The notes below the pieces were generated by a model that worked only from the letters and a program-made list of their open reading frames with translations, was not told the DNA's origin and did not search any database. Made by a program: the position numbers and the translations under genes. DNA of 64,000 nucleotides from Auanema rhodensis (taxonomy: Eukaryota; Animalia; Nematoda): assembly GCA_964057225.1 (NCBI GenBank), contig OZ059900.1:14880001-14944000 (forward strand). The letters are read 5' to 3'. This document shows, piece after piece, positions 21,101-31,200 of the stretch. Numbering within the stretch: position 1 is the stretch's first letter; each line of letters starts with the position of its first letter.

Positions 21101-23750
21101 AATTCCTTCCGACAACGAGCATCATACGGAAAACAGGCATACGCAGTCCCCACACAAATCAGACAAAACTGTCACGTTTAAAGAAACTCCAGAGGTCATT
21201 TTACTCGATAACGAAGTATCATCCACCGTTGTGGAAACCAGCACATCGACCGGACCCAATACAACTGAAAACGTGATAGACCCAAACGTTATCACTATCA
21301 ACGATGATGATGACATCGAAGTGATCACCATTGCAGATGATGAAGGTGAAAATGAACCACAACCTCGAAAACGACGACGTCTCCCCAGTTACACACATTT
21401 TTTCATAGCCATGATACTGGGTATTCTCGTCAATCCAATGTCCGCAACCAACATCTGCCAGTTCTCTTGCATCAAAGGAGGAGTAGGCATATCAAACTGC
21501 GGTACTGGACATCCCATCCGAGTTTGTGCCCGGGAAACATGTGTAGAGTACAACCCAAATACTCCCAACTTCACCATAGTATTTCCGGCTTATGTTGTAT
21601 TGCATGACCACACATTCATCTCACGACATATTATCGATAAAAATGACACATTTGCATTGCATCAACTGGATTGTCCAGCAACTCCGTTTTGCGATATGAT
21701 TCAATGTCTGTTCTGTCTTGAACTACTCCACAACCCATCTTGTTTCCCATACGCAGCACTCTCGGCGACCGCACTCATCATATGGCTCATTCTATTTAGC
21801 ATTCTTTTAAGCATCATAGTCATCCGAATTTGTTCTAAAAAATTTGTTCACATTGCACAATACACCCTTTTTTCCGTTTGGCGTATGATCACTCAATGTC
21901 TCCCCTCTCATATAAGATCTCATATCTCTATTCAGGAAGAACGATCGGTACTCGAGTACGTCCCGCTCAGTTCTCACAAGCTACCTCGATGGCAGAAGTC
22001 TACACCCTCACAACGATCACGACAACGTGACCGATTAGTTCACCGAGTCGGGTATTTTTTGGTTGCAATAATCGTCATTTTTTTGATTGAATCTCTCGTA
22101 GTTAATGCATGTACTATTGTTCCTCCGAGTATATCACATGTTCCAGGCAACTCCGTCTCGAACTTATCACCTACTCACCAAGTCAACCAAGTCAGCAGCT
22201 CCACCACCCTCCATACTTACGATAATGAGGTATGTTTTACAACTTCACATTCAAACCGATCATACGCCAATCCCCTCACGAACTCACACCTGCGCATCAA
22301 ACTTATGTATACACGTATACTGTGCACGAAAGTATCCTTATTTTTTACACGTCACACCATCGTAAAAACTGAATCCGAAAAACGGTGTCCCCATATGGGC
22401 TCTTGTGTAGGATCGTTTTGTGCGAACGTTCGACCCAATACATCAATCTCAGAACTCTCATTAGCCAACCAATATCCAGGTACCAGCTATTGTTCAGAAA
22501 GCTGTGGATTTCTATCATGCGGTTGTGCGTTGCCAACTTCTGGTTGTCTCTTCTATCGCAACTTTCATGTTCCCAATGACAATATCACCCACGAAGTTTT
22601 CTACTGCTCACGATGGACACCTAGGGTTTTTCTCCAGATTAGCATCCATACAGCTATTGAGAACAAAACTGAAACGATCTCGCACGTCCCCTTTTTACCA
22701 CACTCTACAAAAATCATTAACGGGTACCATATTACTCTTGGGAGAATAACATATTCTGATAATGAAATCCTCCATAGACGATTCATTACTTCCAACTCGA
22801 GAATTGCAGTTTTACCTCACTCTGCTACATTTTCATACTCGTGCGGAGAAGTTAAAACCGCTGACCCATTCTCCGAATGTACTGCAACAGACACATGTTC
22901 ATGCAGACCAGCCGAAACAGTCGAAAATTGCTATTGTCAGGACAACAATCCTAACATGCTCTATACTAATAACTACACCCTACCATTATCTCTTCCATCT
23001 CTGACCATGATCCCAAAAAACAATCTCATTTTTGCTCATCCCATAAGCGCTGTTGACATTAAAATGTGGACAAATATCTCAGATGTCACTTATGAATACG
23101 ACAATAGTCCTACTATTTGCGAACTAAAATCCAAAGACCTAGTTGGATGTTTTGACTGTGTTACTGGAGCAACAACAATCATTACTTGCATCAGTACATC
23201 ATCCCACATTCGAATTTCGTGCGACGATGAAGAATTTCTGCTTACATGCAATTCTCAGGGTTACAACAACTCTATTCGCATACAGAGCAATTTTTCAACA
23301 CCGTCTATAACGTGTACTCATCCGTGTACTTCCGCCACATTACATCTCAAAGGCAACTTGTACTACGTGAACGAATACATAGGTGTTGAACAGTCCACTC
23401 ATCAGATTACAAACAGTTCATTCAGTCTCCTGAACGTCGAGTTTACCATACCGAGCTTTTTTGTACCCACTCACTTAATCAGCTCACTTGTTTCGTTTTA
23501 CTCGGACTACCTTAAAACGATTGTAATACTATTGAGTGTTTTGATCACAGTACTCGGCTTTGTAACCGCCGTAATTGACCGCGTCTTCCAGTTGTCAAGT
23601 ACACCCGCTCTCTTAGCATATTTACCCATACAAATACTTATTATCTGCGCAATTCCTTTTCGCATCATTTTTTTCACAATTCATTTGTTGTTCAAGATTG
23701 TAGTTCGAGCCAGTCATAGCGCAGTGGCTAAGGGTACGCACTCTCAGTGA
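15189..23750 (+). CDS. BEL/Pao Gag-Pro-RT-RNaseH-IN-Env polyprotein (Gn + class II fusogen Gc); likely start ATG 15276
   Basis: LPTVKVPHFNGNPEDFLGFWELF gag; three Cys/His knuckles; LLDSGSQ protease; YYIPHQAV, VPFGVNASPFLL, YVDN RT; FVDAS, TIPRLEL, NPAD RNaseH; H..H..C..C with IDLAGP, SDNGSNF, GGFYERMV integrase; signal-like FFIAMILGILV; Gc motif RCPHMGSC..YPGTSYCSESCG..CGC.LPTSGCLFYR; C-terminal TM. Confidence 0.95.
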   Translation: MNTFWISLLYFNQLILILILAKHPQAHKTMKAHEIDQLVTKDIGEEHPPTVAKLIKGILDYCDERDLMVNTGEVEEYTQLIQLRRDELDDYQSSFDSTVHDSTTLQNDMNRMKYSRKNLEMSFFSGIQKHLNITPDRTRRHRTQSTSSDEIGSTQRQPTQKRVYTTRANNSDVMIASPQHDISMLEPNSNSTLLNDDLMPISENDLVHSFNNLSTGSHSLERARADADNVGTPLGAANKRKALSPLRHAHYDSRPITVEQHTNNVPDHWSTMQQNIARQSSIPPTVQTSILTPRLPTVKVPHFNGNPEDFLGFWELFTAVIDVQPLSEIEKFSILLDRLSGPAEECLLCLPRIGVSYSKAKTILMEEYMNPSMLDSKLYDSLRALPAALDNSASILHTIRKADQIISMRIRYSPNVDHTGLRVILFSKLPRHIYNSIYKSKQHTTITSIIEYITEAAKALQLEEADKNAMSQRNSNTVHIAAGQLHTSRREQFNNQKCNLCLGNHSPTKCYSIQSVEERKKIAVSKQLCFKCFSKTHSAIGCHAPNCHRCDKTHHESLCQRDSQSRSNSRTRTHSKDRMNRHPPQTHRGFEANTRRSPHRNNENNRKDRSASMRHSSRSKSPSYSRSRSPYPQRRQYRAHSPRQHISTATALTYPYDHISNTSGPVNDKAFEFRRNHVGVVSVTVFDCHDNPHHVYALLDSGSQVAIVRRELINRLGLPFDEDVRMRMETAGEQFLLKDTQAIMIDLYNNDGECISAPCVIMDKVLSAIQPLRLTNADQRFIRQNIGYLSRKLNDPIEIDIILGIAEVHASTIYDEPIMQLPDCNLVAHPTFFGYTLSGRYDLDDNNPTYADNVITCTTKIHDDVDLTKMWSMESIGIRDNISIEEEQQGVLSQFNEQVRKTWEGVHVSFPWKENKHALADNYSIALARLRQQFNHAKSNPEMWAKYNEIFQQQLESNIIEDAPIHPDSSPTYYIPHQAVVKLSSNTTKVRIVLDASSHRRGELSLNDVIHQGPTILPNLTGLLLRCRFGKYMIISDVEKAFHMVHLNNTEKDATRFLWLHDLSLPPEQDNIRVFRFNRVPFGVNASPFLLAGAIQFGLKSHSDTQLTSCIIDNLYVDNLILTFDETSQGVMLYTQCKSAFNDMKMNLREFCTNDKNTMKSIPKHDKAEKVLQKVLEIYWDSHLDTFSLALQMDYTGDSITKRLVLSTAHKTFDPVGWLSPLILLSRHFLQKLWTLGYAWDEPISPDLQREWKQICSSVHGYRYHVPRNIRNDHVNELCIFVDASTIGYGAVGYLRTLDQKSHVTGVHFLMAKQRLAPQNKSKSQKKDKNKKQPLTIPRLELLSFFIGCHIIEFLLQESKLNISIVRIFSDSEISLAWVCKPNPDAGIFVDNRVRSCRVIIDKVKDSYNFFIYHVDTDHNPADHATRGLTRENIDKSTWFTGPKFLQTHDKEWEMTRPYTYVEDDSQVLIASTSITTFVDDPSIFRYQSSRLTCLIRTTAYVLRFIQLLQQRRLHRINNDNEIALNPSTISADEYKEAERVTYIDVQSTVDKEDKRWKHLGLYHDEMGVIRCKGRLEHMEAEEDCIHPIFIPDNHPFASIMIRDMHTKLFHAGGNHLRSEIRRRFWLPRLPRKVQNILKQCAVCKKLHGRPFKYPNMSSLPPERVQRSNPFQNCGIDLAGPFNIHDDTRHITEKRWIMLVTCMATRAIHLEVVQDLSASETLLALRRFISRRGSPDLIWSDNGSNFTLCQKIFALIQDPNVDTYLTHHKVTWKFITPLAPWKGGFYERMVGIMKSALRTSLTTSCKAHMFSTIVTEVEQIVNTRPLTYTFNTTTDLSPIRPIDFLQTNTSVTIPDIELSELPTHLRSRRDCIDRLNNIQKTLDKFWQRWHDEYVVALRATHMLDHKQGHFSTATPKVGTVVLMSDDNTKRNQWKMGLITSIQNTESVRVAEVRTSDGHKLFRPINRLIPLEIPSDNEHHTENRHTQSPHKSDKTVTFKETPEVILLDNEVSSTVVETSTSTGPNTTENVIDPNVITINDDDDIEVITIADDEGENEPQPRKRRRLPSYTHFFIAMILGILVNPMSATNICQFSCIKGGVGISNCGTGHPIRVCARETCVEYNPNTPNFTIVFPAYVVLHDHTFISRHIIDKNDTFALHQLDCPATPFCDMIQCLFCLELLHNPSCFPYAALSATALIIWLILFSILLSIIVIRICSKKFVHIAQYTLFSVWRMITQCLPSHIRSHISIQEERSVLEYVPLSSHKLPRWQKSTPSQRSRQRDRLVHRVGYFLVAIIVIFLIESLVVNACTIVPPSISHVPGNSVSNLSPTHQVNQVSSSTTLHTYDNEVCFTTSHSNRSYANPLTNSHLRIKLMYTRILCTKVSLFFTRHTIVKTESEKRCPHMGSCVGSFCANVRPNTSISELSLANQYPGTSYCSESCGFLSCGCALPTSGCLFYRNFHVPNDNITHEVFYCSRWTPRVFLQISIHTAIENKTETISHVPFLPHSTKIINGYHITLGRITYSDNEILHRRFITSNSRIAVLPHSATFSYSCGEVKTADPFSECTATDTCSCRPAETVENCYCQDNNPNMLYTNNYTLPLSLPSLTMIPKNNLIFAHPISAVDIKMWTNISDVTYEYDNSPTICELKSKDLVGCFDCVTGATTIITCISTSSHIRISCDDEEFLLTCNSQGYNNSIRIQSNFSTPSITCTHPCTSATLHLKGNLYYVNEYIGVEQSTHQITNSSFSLLNVEFTIPSFFVPTHLISSLVSFYSDYLKTIVILLSVLITVLGFVTAVIDRVFQLSSTPALLAYLPIQILIICAIPFRIIFFTIHLLFKIVVRASHSAVAKGTHSQ

Positions 23751-23887
23751 TTGATGACGGGTTCAATACCCAGTGAGTCCTCGATTTATTTTCTCGATTT
23801 CTTAGTTCCCTATCATAGCAAACGATTGTTCAATTTGATTTACACCAGTCCTACACAATTTATCATTTCGCCGGGGGGAGGTATACT

Positions 23888-24307
23888 ATGTATAAAAACC
23901 ATCATTATTTCAGTCTTGATAACATCAAAGAATGGAGCGATTCCCTTGATCAACTCCAGGATAACGGCAACGCAAAGATGCCAAACAAAGGTCAGAATAT
24001 GTCTGCACCAAAAAAGCAGAACAACTCTAAAGTGAAGTACAGAAAAATGGAAGAAGACATGAAATGTCAACTCTGTTGGAAGAAGGGCCACACCATGGGA
24101 AAATGCACAGTCTACAAGACTGCAGCACAACGCGTCAAGCGTTGCAAGTTGATCAACATGTGCTTGAAGTGTTTGCGGAACCACTTTGGAAAACCGTGTG
24201 TGGAGAAGATGAAGAAAATATGTCATGTGTGCAAAGGAAGCGGACTGGACCACGATCATCCTGGTGTATTATGCAAGCTGCAGTTTGCGGAGGAACTAGC
24301 AGAATGA
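23888..24307 (+). CDS. Small basic protein with three Cys/His (Zn-knuckle-like) clusters
   Basis: CQLCWKKGHTMGKC, CLKCLRNHFGKPC, CHVC..HDHPGVLC; same layout as the BEL gag knuckles upstream. Confidence 0.7.
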   Translation: MYKNHHYFSLDNIKEWSDSLDQLQDNGNAKMPNKGQNMSAPKKQNNSKVKYRKMEEDMKCQLCWKKGHTMGKCTVYKTAAQRVKRCKLINMCLKCLRNHFGKPCVEKMKKICHVCKGSGLDHDHPGVLCKLQFAEELAE

Positions 24308-24340
24308 AATCAGTTCTGATTTCTCTCTCCTGGCCCGGAA

Positions 24341-24695
24341 TATCGCGAATGCGATTATTCATCATTCAATCGATGCAATCTCATCACGTTGGCTGATGAG
24401 AGTCACGGACACTCTGTTTTATACCACCGTCGCGGACGGTCGCTTTTCTCTCTCCTCGCTGCTGTCTTTATCTTATGACTCATCTAGTCTGAACCACCGT
24501 TTTATCCTTGTCCTTTAGTAAGACTATCTCTAGTCTAATTAGTGATGTATATCTAGTCTTATTACATTCACTCTAGTCTTCTATGTACTTTATCTAGTCT
24601 TATTATATATCTTCTAGTCCTTATATTCTATATTATGTATATCTGAATGGCATATGAATGAATCTTTCTTCCTCTAATAGTCTTTTATGTTAACA
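24341..24695 (+). repeat. Putative 3' LTR of the BEL element
   Basis: Starts TATCGCG after GGCCCGGAA (compare TGTCGCG terminus of the solo LTR at 63589); AATGAA ~24657; ends TAACA; ~6 TCTAGTC motifs; no partner LTR to confirm ends. Confidence 0.45.
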
Positions 24696-24753
24696 GGGCA
24701 TAGAATAGAAAGTGTGAACCTGGGAGGCTATTTGAAGAGCCCTCTATCTTCAA

Positions 24754-24807
24754 AACCCGGGTCTCGCATGTGACAGACGCGGATACTCACCACTATACTA
24801 CCGAGGA
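24754..24807 (-). pseudogene. 3'-truncated tRNA-Asp (nt 1-54) at the BEL right junction
   Basis: tRNA match begins at aacccggg; T-loop remainder and acceptor 3' strand are missing. Confidence 0.88.
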
Positions 24808-25173
24808 TTGAATTTGCACTTAGAAACTTTCATTAAGAGTGTGAGTTTGAATTATAGTAGAAAAATGAAACACTGTCTCTAACATATCTTGATTTATGGC
24901 CTACTTTACTCAAAGAGCTAATTGAAGTTTGGTGTTAGAATGAACAATTGATTAACGCTGACGTTTCAATTTTTTTCATCGTAATTGAGATAGAACATTT
25001 AAATTAAATGGAAATGTTTAAAAATTTAGAAAAAATCACAAGCTCAAATCACTTTTGAAAAAACAGAAAGTTTAAAACAACCTTTTTTCTAATAATTATC
25101 TTTTTTATCCGACTTTTGTAAAAAAACAAAAATAGCATAACATTCAATAACGATGAATCAGAACAAAAACATT

Positions 25174-25245
25174 CTCCCCGGCCGGGAATTGAACCCGGGT
25201 CTCGCATGTGACAGACGCGGATACTCACCACTATACTACCGAGGA
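25174..25245 (-). tRNA. tRNA-Asp(GTC), first complete copy of segment C
   Basis: Consensus cloverleaf, anticodon GTC. Confidence 0.97.
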
Positions 25246-28200
25246 TTGAATTTGCACTTAGAAACTTTCATTAAGAGTGTGAGTTTGAATTATAGTAGAA
25301 AAATGAAACACTGTCTCTAACATATCTTGATTTATGGCCTACTTTACTCAAAGAGCTAATTGAAGTTTGGTGTTAGAATGAACAATTGATTAACGCTGAC
25401 GTTTCAATTTTTTTCATCGTAATTGAGATAGAACATTTAAATTAAATGGAAATGTTTAAAAATTTAGAAAAAATCACAAGCTCAAATCACTTTTGAAAAA
25501 ACAGAAAGTTTAAAACAACCTTTTTTCTAATAATTATCTTTTTTATCCGACTTTTGTAAAAAAACAAAAATAGCATAACATTCAATAACGATGAATCAGA
25601 ACAAAAACATTCTCCCCGGCCGGGAATTGAACCCGGGTCTCGCATGTGACAGACGCGGATACTCACCACTATACTACCGAGGATTGAATTTGCACTTAGA
25701 AACTTTCATTAAGAGTGTGAGTTTGAATTATAGTAGAAAAATGAAACACTGTCTCTAACATATCTTGATTTATGGCCTACTTTACTCAAAGAGCTAATTG
25801 AAGTTTGGTGTTAGAATGAACAATTGATTAACGCTGACGTTTCAATTTTTTTCATCGTAATTGAGATAGAACATTTAAATTAAATGGAAATGTTTAAAAA
25901 TTTAGAAAAAATCACAAGCTCAAATCACTTTTGAAAAAACAGAAAGTTTAAAACAACCTTTTTTCTAATAATTATCTTTTTTATCCGACTTTTGTAAAAA
26001 AACAAAAATAGCATAACATTCAATAACGATGAATCAGAACAAAAACATTCTCCCCGGCCGGGAATTGAACCCGGGTCTCGCATGTGACAGACGCGGATAC
26101 TCACCACTATACTACCCAGGATTGAATTTGCACTTAGAAACTTTCATTAAGAGTGTGAGTTTGAATTATAGTAGAAAAATGAAACACTGTCTCTAACATA
26201 TCTTGATTTATGGCCTACTTTACTCAAAGAGCTAATTGAAGTTTGGTGTTAGAATGAACAATTGATTAACGCTGACGTACCATTTTTTTTCATCGTAATT
26301 GAGATAGAACATTTAAATTAAATGGAAATGTTTAAAAATTTAGAAAAAATCACAAGCTCAAATCACTTTTGAAAAAACAGAAAGTTTAAAACAACCTTTT
26401 TTCTAATAATTATCTTTTTAATTCGACTTTTGTAAAAAAACAAAAATAGCATAACATTCAATAACGATGAATCAGAACAAAAACATTCTCCCCGGCCGGG
26501 AATTGAACCCGGGTCTCGCATGTGACAGACGCGGATACTCACCACTATACTACCGAGGATTGAATTTGCACTTAGAAACTTTCATTAAGAGTGTGAGTTT
26601 GAATTATAGTAGAAAAATGAAACACTGTCTCTAACATATCTTGATTTATGGCCTACTTTACTCAAAGAGCTAATTGAAGTTTGGTGTTAGAATGAACAAT
26701 TGATTAACGCTGACGTTTCAATTTTTTTCATCGTAATTGAGATAGAACATTTAAATTAAATGGAAATGTTTAAAAATTTAGAAAAAATCACAAGCTCAAA
26801 TCACTTTTGAAAAAACAGAAAGTTTAAAACAACCTTTTTTCTAATAATTATCTTTTTTATCCGACTTTTGTAAAAAAACAAAAATAGCATAACATTCAAT
26901 AACGATGAATCAGAACAAAAACATTCTCCCCGGCCGGGAATTGAACCCGGGTCTCGCATGTGACAGACGCGGATACTCACCACTATACTACCCAGGATTG
27001 AATTTGCACTTAGAAACTTTCATTAAGAGTGTGAGTTTGAATTATAGTAGAAAAATGAAACACTGTCTCTAACATATCTTGATTTATGGCCTACTTTACT
27101 CAAAGAGCTAATTGAAGTTTGGTGTTAGAATGAACAATTGATTAACGCTGACGTACCATTTTTTTTCATCGTAATTGAGATAGAACATTTAAATTAAATG
27201 GAAATGTTTAAAAATTTAGAAAAAATCACAAGCTCAAATCACTTTTGAAAAAACAGAAAGTTTAAAACAACCTTTTTTCTAATAATTATCTTTTTAATTC
27301 GACTTTTGTAAAAAAACAAAAATAGCATAACATTCAATAACGATGAATCAGAACAAAAACATTCTCCCCGGCCGGGAATTGAACCCGGGTCTCGCATGTG
27401 ACAGACGCGGATACTCACCACTATACTACCGAGGATTGAATTTGCACTTAGAAACTTTCATTAAGAGTGTGAGTTTGAATTATAGTAGAAAAATGAAACA
27501 CTGTCTCTAACATATCTTGATTTATGGCCTACTTTACTCAAAGAGCTAATTGAAGTTTGGTGTTAGAATGAACAATTGATTAACGCTGACGTACCATTTT
27601 TTTTCATCGTAATTGAGATAGAACATTTAAATTAAATGGAAATGTTTAAAAATTTAGAAAAAATCACAAGCTCAAATCACTTTTGAAAAAACAGAAAGTT
27701 TAAAACAACCTTTTTTCTAATAATTATCTTTTTAATTCGACTTTTGGAAGAAAACAAAAATAGCATAACATTCAATAACGATGAATCAGAACAAAAACAT
27801 TCTCCCCGGCCGGGAATTGAACCCGGGTCTCGCATGTGACAGACGCGGATACTCACCACTATACTACCGAGGATTGAATTTGCACTTAGAAACTTTCATT
27901 AAGAGTGTGAGTTTGAATTATAGTAGAAAAATGAAACACTGTCTCTAACATATCTTGATTTATGGCCTACTTTACTCAAAGAGCTAATTGAAGTTTGGTG
28001 TTAGAATGAACAATTGATTAACGCTGACGTACCATTTTTTTTCATCGTAATTGAGATAGAACATTTAAATTAAATGGAAATGTTTAAAAATTTAGAAAAA
28101 ATCACAAGCTCAAATCACTTTTGAAAAAACAGAAAGTTTAAAACAACCTTTTTTCTAATAATTATCTTTTTAATTCGACTTTTGTAAAAAAACAAAAATA

Positions 28201-31200
28201 GCATAACATTCAATAACGATGAATCAGAACAAAAACATTCTCCCCGGCCGGGAATTGAACCCGGGTCTCGCATGTGACAGACGCGGATACTCACCACTAT
28301 ACTACCGAGGATTGAATTTGCACTTAGAAACTTTCATTAAGAGTGTGAGTTTGAATTATAGTAGAAAAATGAAACACTGTCTCTAACATATCTTGATTTA
28401 TGGCCTACTTTACTCAAAGAGCTAATTGAAGTTTGGTGTTAGAATGAACAATTGATTAACGCTGACGTACCATTTTTTTTCATCGTAATTGAGATAGAAC
28501 ATTTAAATTAAATGGAAATGTTTAAAAATTTAGAAAAAATCACAAGCTCAAATCACTTTTGAAAAAACAGAAAGTTTAAAACAACCTTTTTTCTAATAAT
28601 TATCTTTTTAATTCGACTTTTGTAAAAAAACAAAAATAGCATAACATTCAATAACGATGAATCAGAACAAAAACATTCTCCCCGGCCGGGAATTGAACCC
28701 GGGTCTCGCATGTGACAGACGCGGATACTCACCACTATACTACCGAGGATTGAATTTGCACTTAGAAACTTTCATTAAGAGTGTGAGTTTGAATTATAGT
28801 AGAAAAATGAAACACTGTCTCTAACATATCTTGATTTATGGCCTACTTTACTCAAAGAGCTAATTGAAGTTTGGTGTTAGAATGAACAATTGATTAACGC
28901 TGACGTACCATTTTTTTTCATCGTAATTGAGATAGAACATTTAAATTAAATGGAAATGTTTAAAAATTTAGAAAAAATCACAAGCTCAAATCACTTTTGA
29001 AAAAACAGAAAGTTTAAAACAACCTTTTTTCTAATAATTATCTTTTTAATTCGACTTTTGTAAAAAAACAAAAATAGCATAACATTCAATAACAATGAAT
29101 CAGAACAAAAACATTCTCCCCGGCCGGGAATTGAACCCGGGTCTCGCATGTGACAGACGCGGATACTCACCACTATACTACCGAGGATTGAATTTGCACT
29201 TAGAAACTTTCATTAAGAGTGTGAGTTTGAATTATAGTAGAAAAATGAAACACTGTCTCTAACATATCTTGATTTATGGCCTACTTTACTCAAAGAGCTA
29301 ATTGAAGTTTGGTGTTAGAATGAACAATTGATTAACGCTGACGTACCATTTTTTTTCATCGTAATTGAGATAGAACATTTAAATTAAATGGAAATGTTTA
29401 AAAATTTAGAAAAAATCACAAGCTCAAATCACTTTTGAAAAAACAGAAAGTTTAAAACAACCTTTTTTCTAATAATTATCTTTTTAATTCGACTTTTGGA
29501 AGAAAACAAAAATAGCATAACATTCAATAACGATGAATCAGAACAAAAACATTCTCCCCGGCCGGGAATTGAACCCGGGTCTCGCATGTGACAGACGCGG
29601 ATACTCACCACTATACTACCGAGGATTGAATTTGCACTTAGAAACTTTCATTAAGAGTGTGAGTTTGAATTATAGTAGAAAAATGAAACACTGTCTCTAA
29701 CATATCTTGATTTATGGCTTACTTTACTCAAAGAGCTAATTGAAGTTTGGTGTTAGAATGAACAATTGATTAACGCTGACGTTCCATTTTTTTTCATCGT
29801 AATTGAGATAGAACATTTAAATTAAATGGAAATGTTTAAAAATTTAGAAAAAATCACAAGCTCAAATCACTTTTGAAAAAACAGAAAGTTTAAAACAACC
29901 TTTTTTCTAATAATTATCTTTTTAATTCGACTTTTGGAAGAAAACAAAAATAGCATAACATTCAATAACGATGAATCAGAACAAAAACATTCTCCCCGGC
30001 CGGGAATTGAACCCGGGTCTCGCATGTGACAGACGCGGATACTCACCACTATACTACCGAGGATTGAATTTGCACTTAGAAACTTTCATTAAGAGTGTGA
30101 GTTTGAATTATAGTAGAAAAATGAAACACTGTCTCTAACATATCTTGATTTATGGCCTACTTTACTCAAAGAGCTAATTGAAGTTTGGTGTTAGAATGAA
30201 CAATTGATTAACGCTGACGTACCATTTTTTTTCATCGTAATTGAGATAGAACATTTAAATTAAATGGAAATGTTTAAAAATTTAGAAAAAATCACAAGCT
30301 CAAATCACTTTTGAAAAAACAGAAAGTTTAAAACAACCTTTTTTCTAATAATTATCTTTTTAATTCGACTTTTGGAAGAAAACAAAAATAGCATAACATT
30401 CAATAACGATGAATCAGAACAAAAACATTCTCCCCGGCCGGGAATTGAACCCGGGTCTCGCATGTGACAGACGCGGATACTCACCACTATACTACCGAGG
30501 ATTGAATTTGCACTTAGAAACTTTCATTAAGAGTGTGAGTTTGAATTATAGTAGAAAAATGAAACACTGTCTCTAACATATCTTGATTTATGGCCTACTT
30601 TACTCAAAGAGCTAATTGAAGTTTGGTGTTAGAATGAAGAATTGATTAACGCTGACGTTCCATTTTTTTTCATCGTAATTGAGATAGAACATTTAAATTA
30701 AATGGAAATGTTTAAAAATTTAGAAGAAATCACAAGCTCAAATCACTTTTGAAAAAACAGAAAGTTTAAAACAACCTTTTTTCTAATAATTATCTTTTTA
30801 ATTCGACTTTTGGAAGAAAACAAAAATAGCATAACATTCAATAACGATGAATCAGAACAAAAACATTCTCCCCGGCCGGGAATTGAACCCGGGTCTCGCA
30901 TGTGACAGACGCGGATACTCACCACTATACTACCGAGGATTGAATTTGCACTTAGAAACTTTCATTAAGAGTGTGAGTTTGAATTATAGTAGAAAAATGA
31001 AACACTGTCTCTAACATATCTTGATTTATGGCCTACTTTACTCAAAGAGCTAATTGAAGTTTGGTGTTAGAATGAAGAATTGATTAACGCTGACGTTCCA
31101 TTTTTTTTCATCGTAATTGAGATAGAACATTTAAATTAAATGGAAATGTTTAAAAATTTAGAAAAAATCACAAGCTCAAATCACTTTTGAAAAAACAGAA

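Larger units (their letters stand above)
14915..24753 (+). mobile_element. BEL/Pao (Belpaoviridae) endogenous virus with phlebovirus-like env; 5' LTR absent
   Basis: Single long ORF with BEL domain order and motifs; array sequence on both sides but out of register; no TSD. Confidence 0.92.

Noticed and set aside
23751-24396. Other overlapping ORFs after BEL env (23751-24035, 24064-24396, 23840-24259)
   Set aside because: No motifs; shadows of the Zn-knuckle ORF
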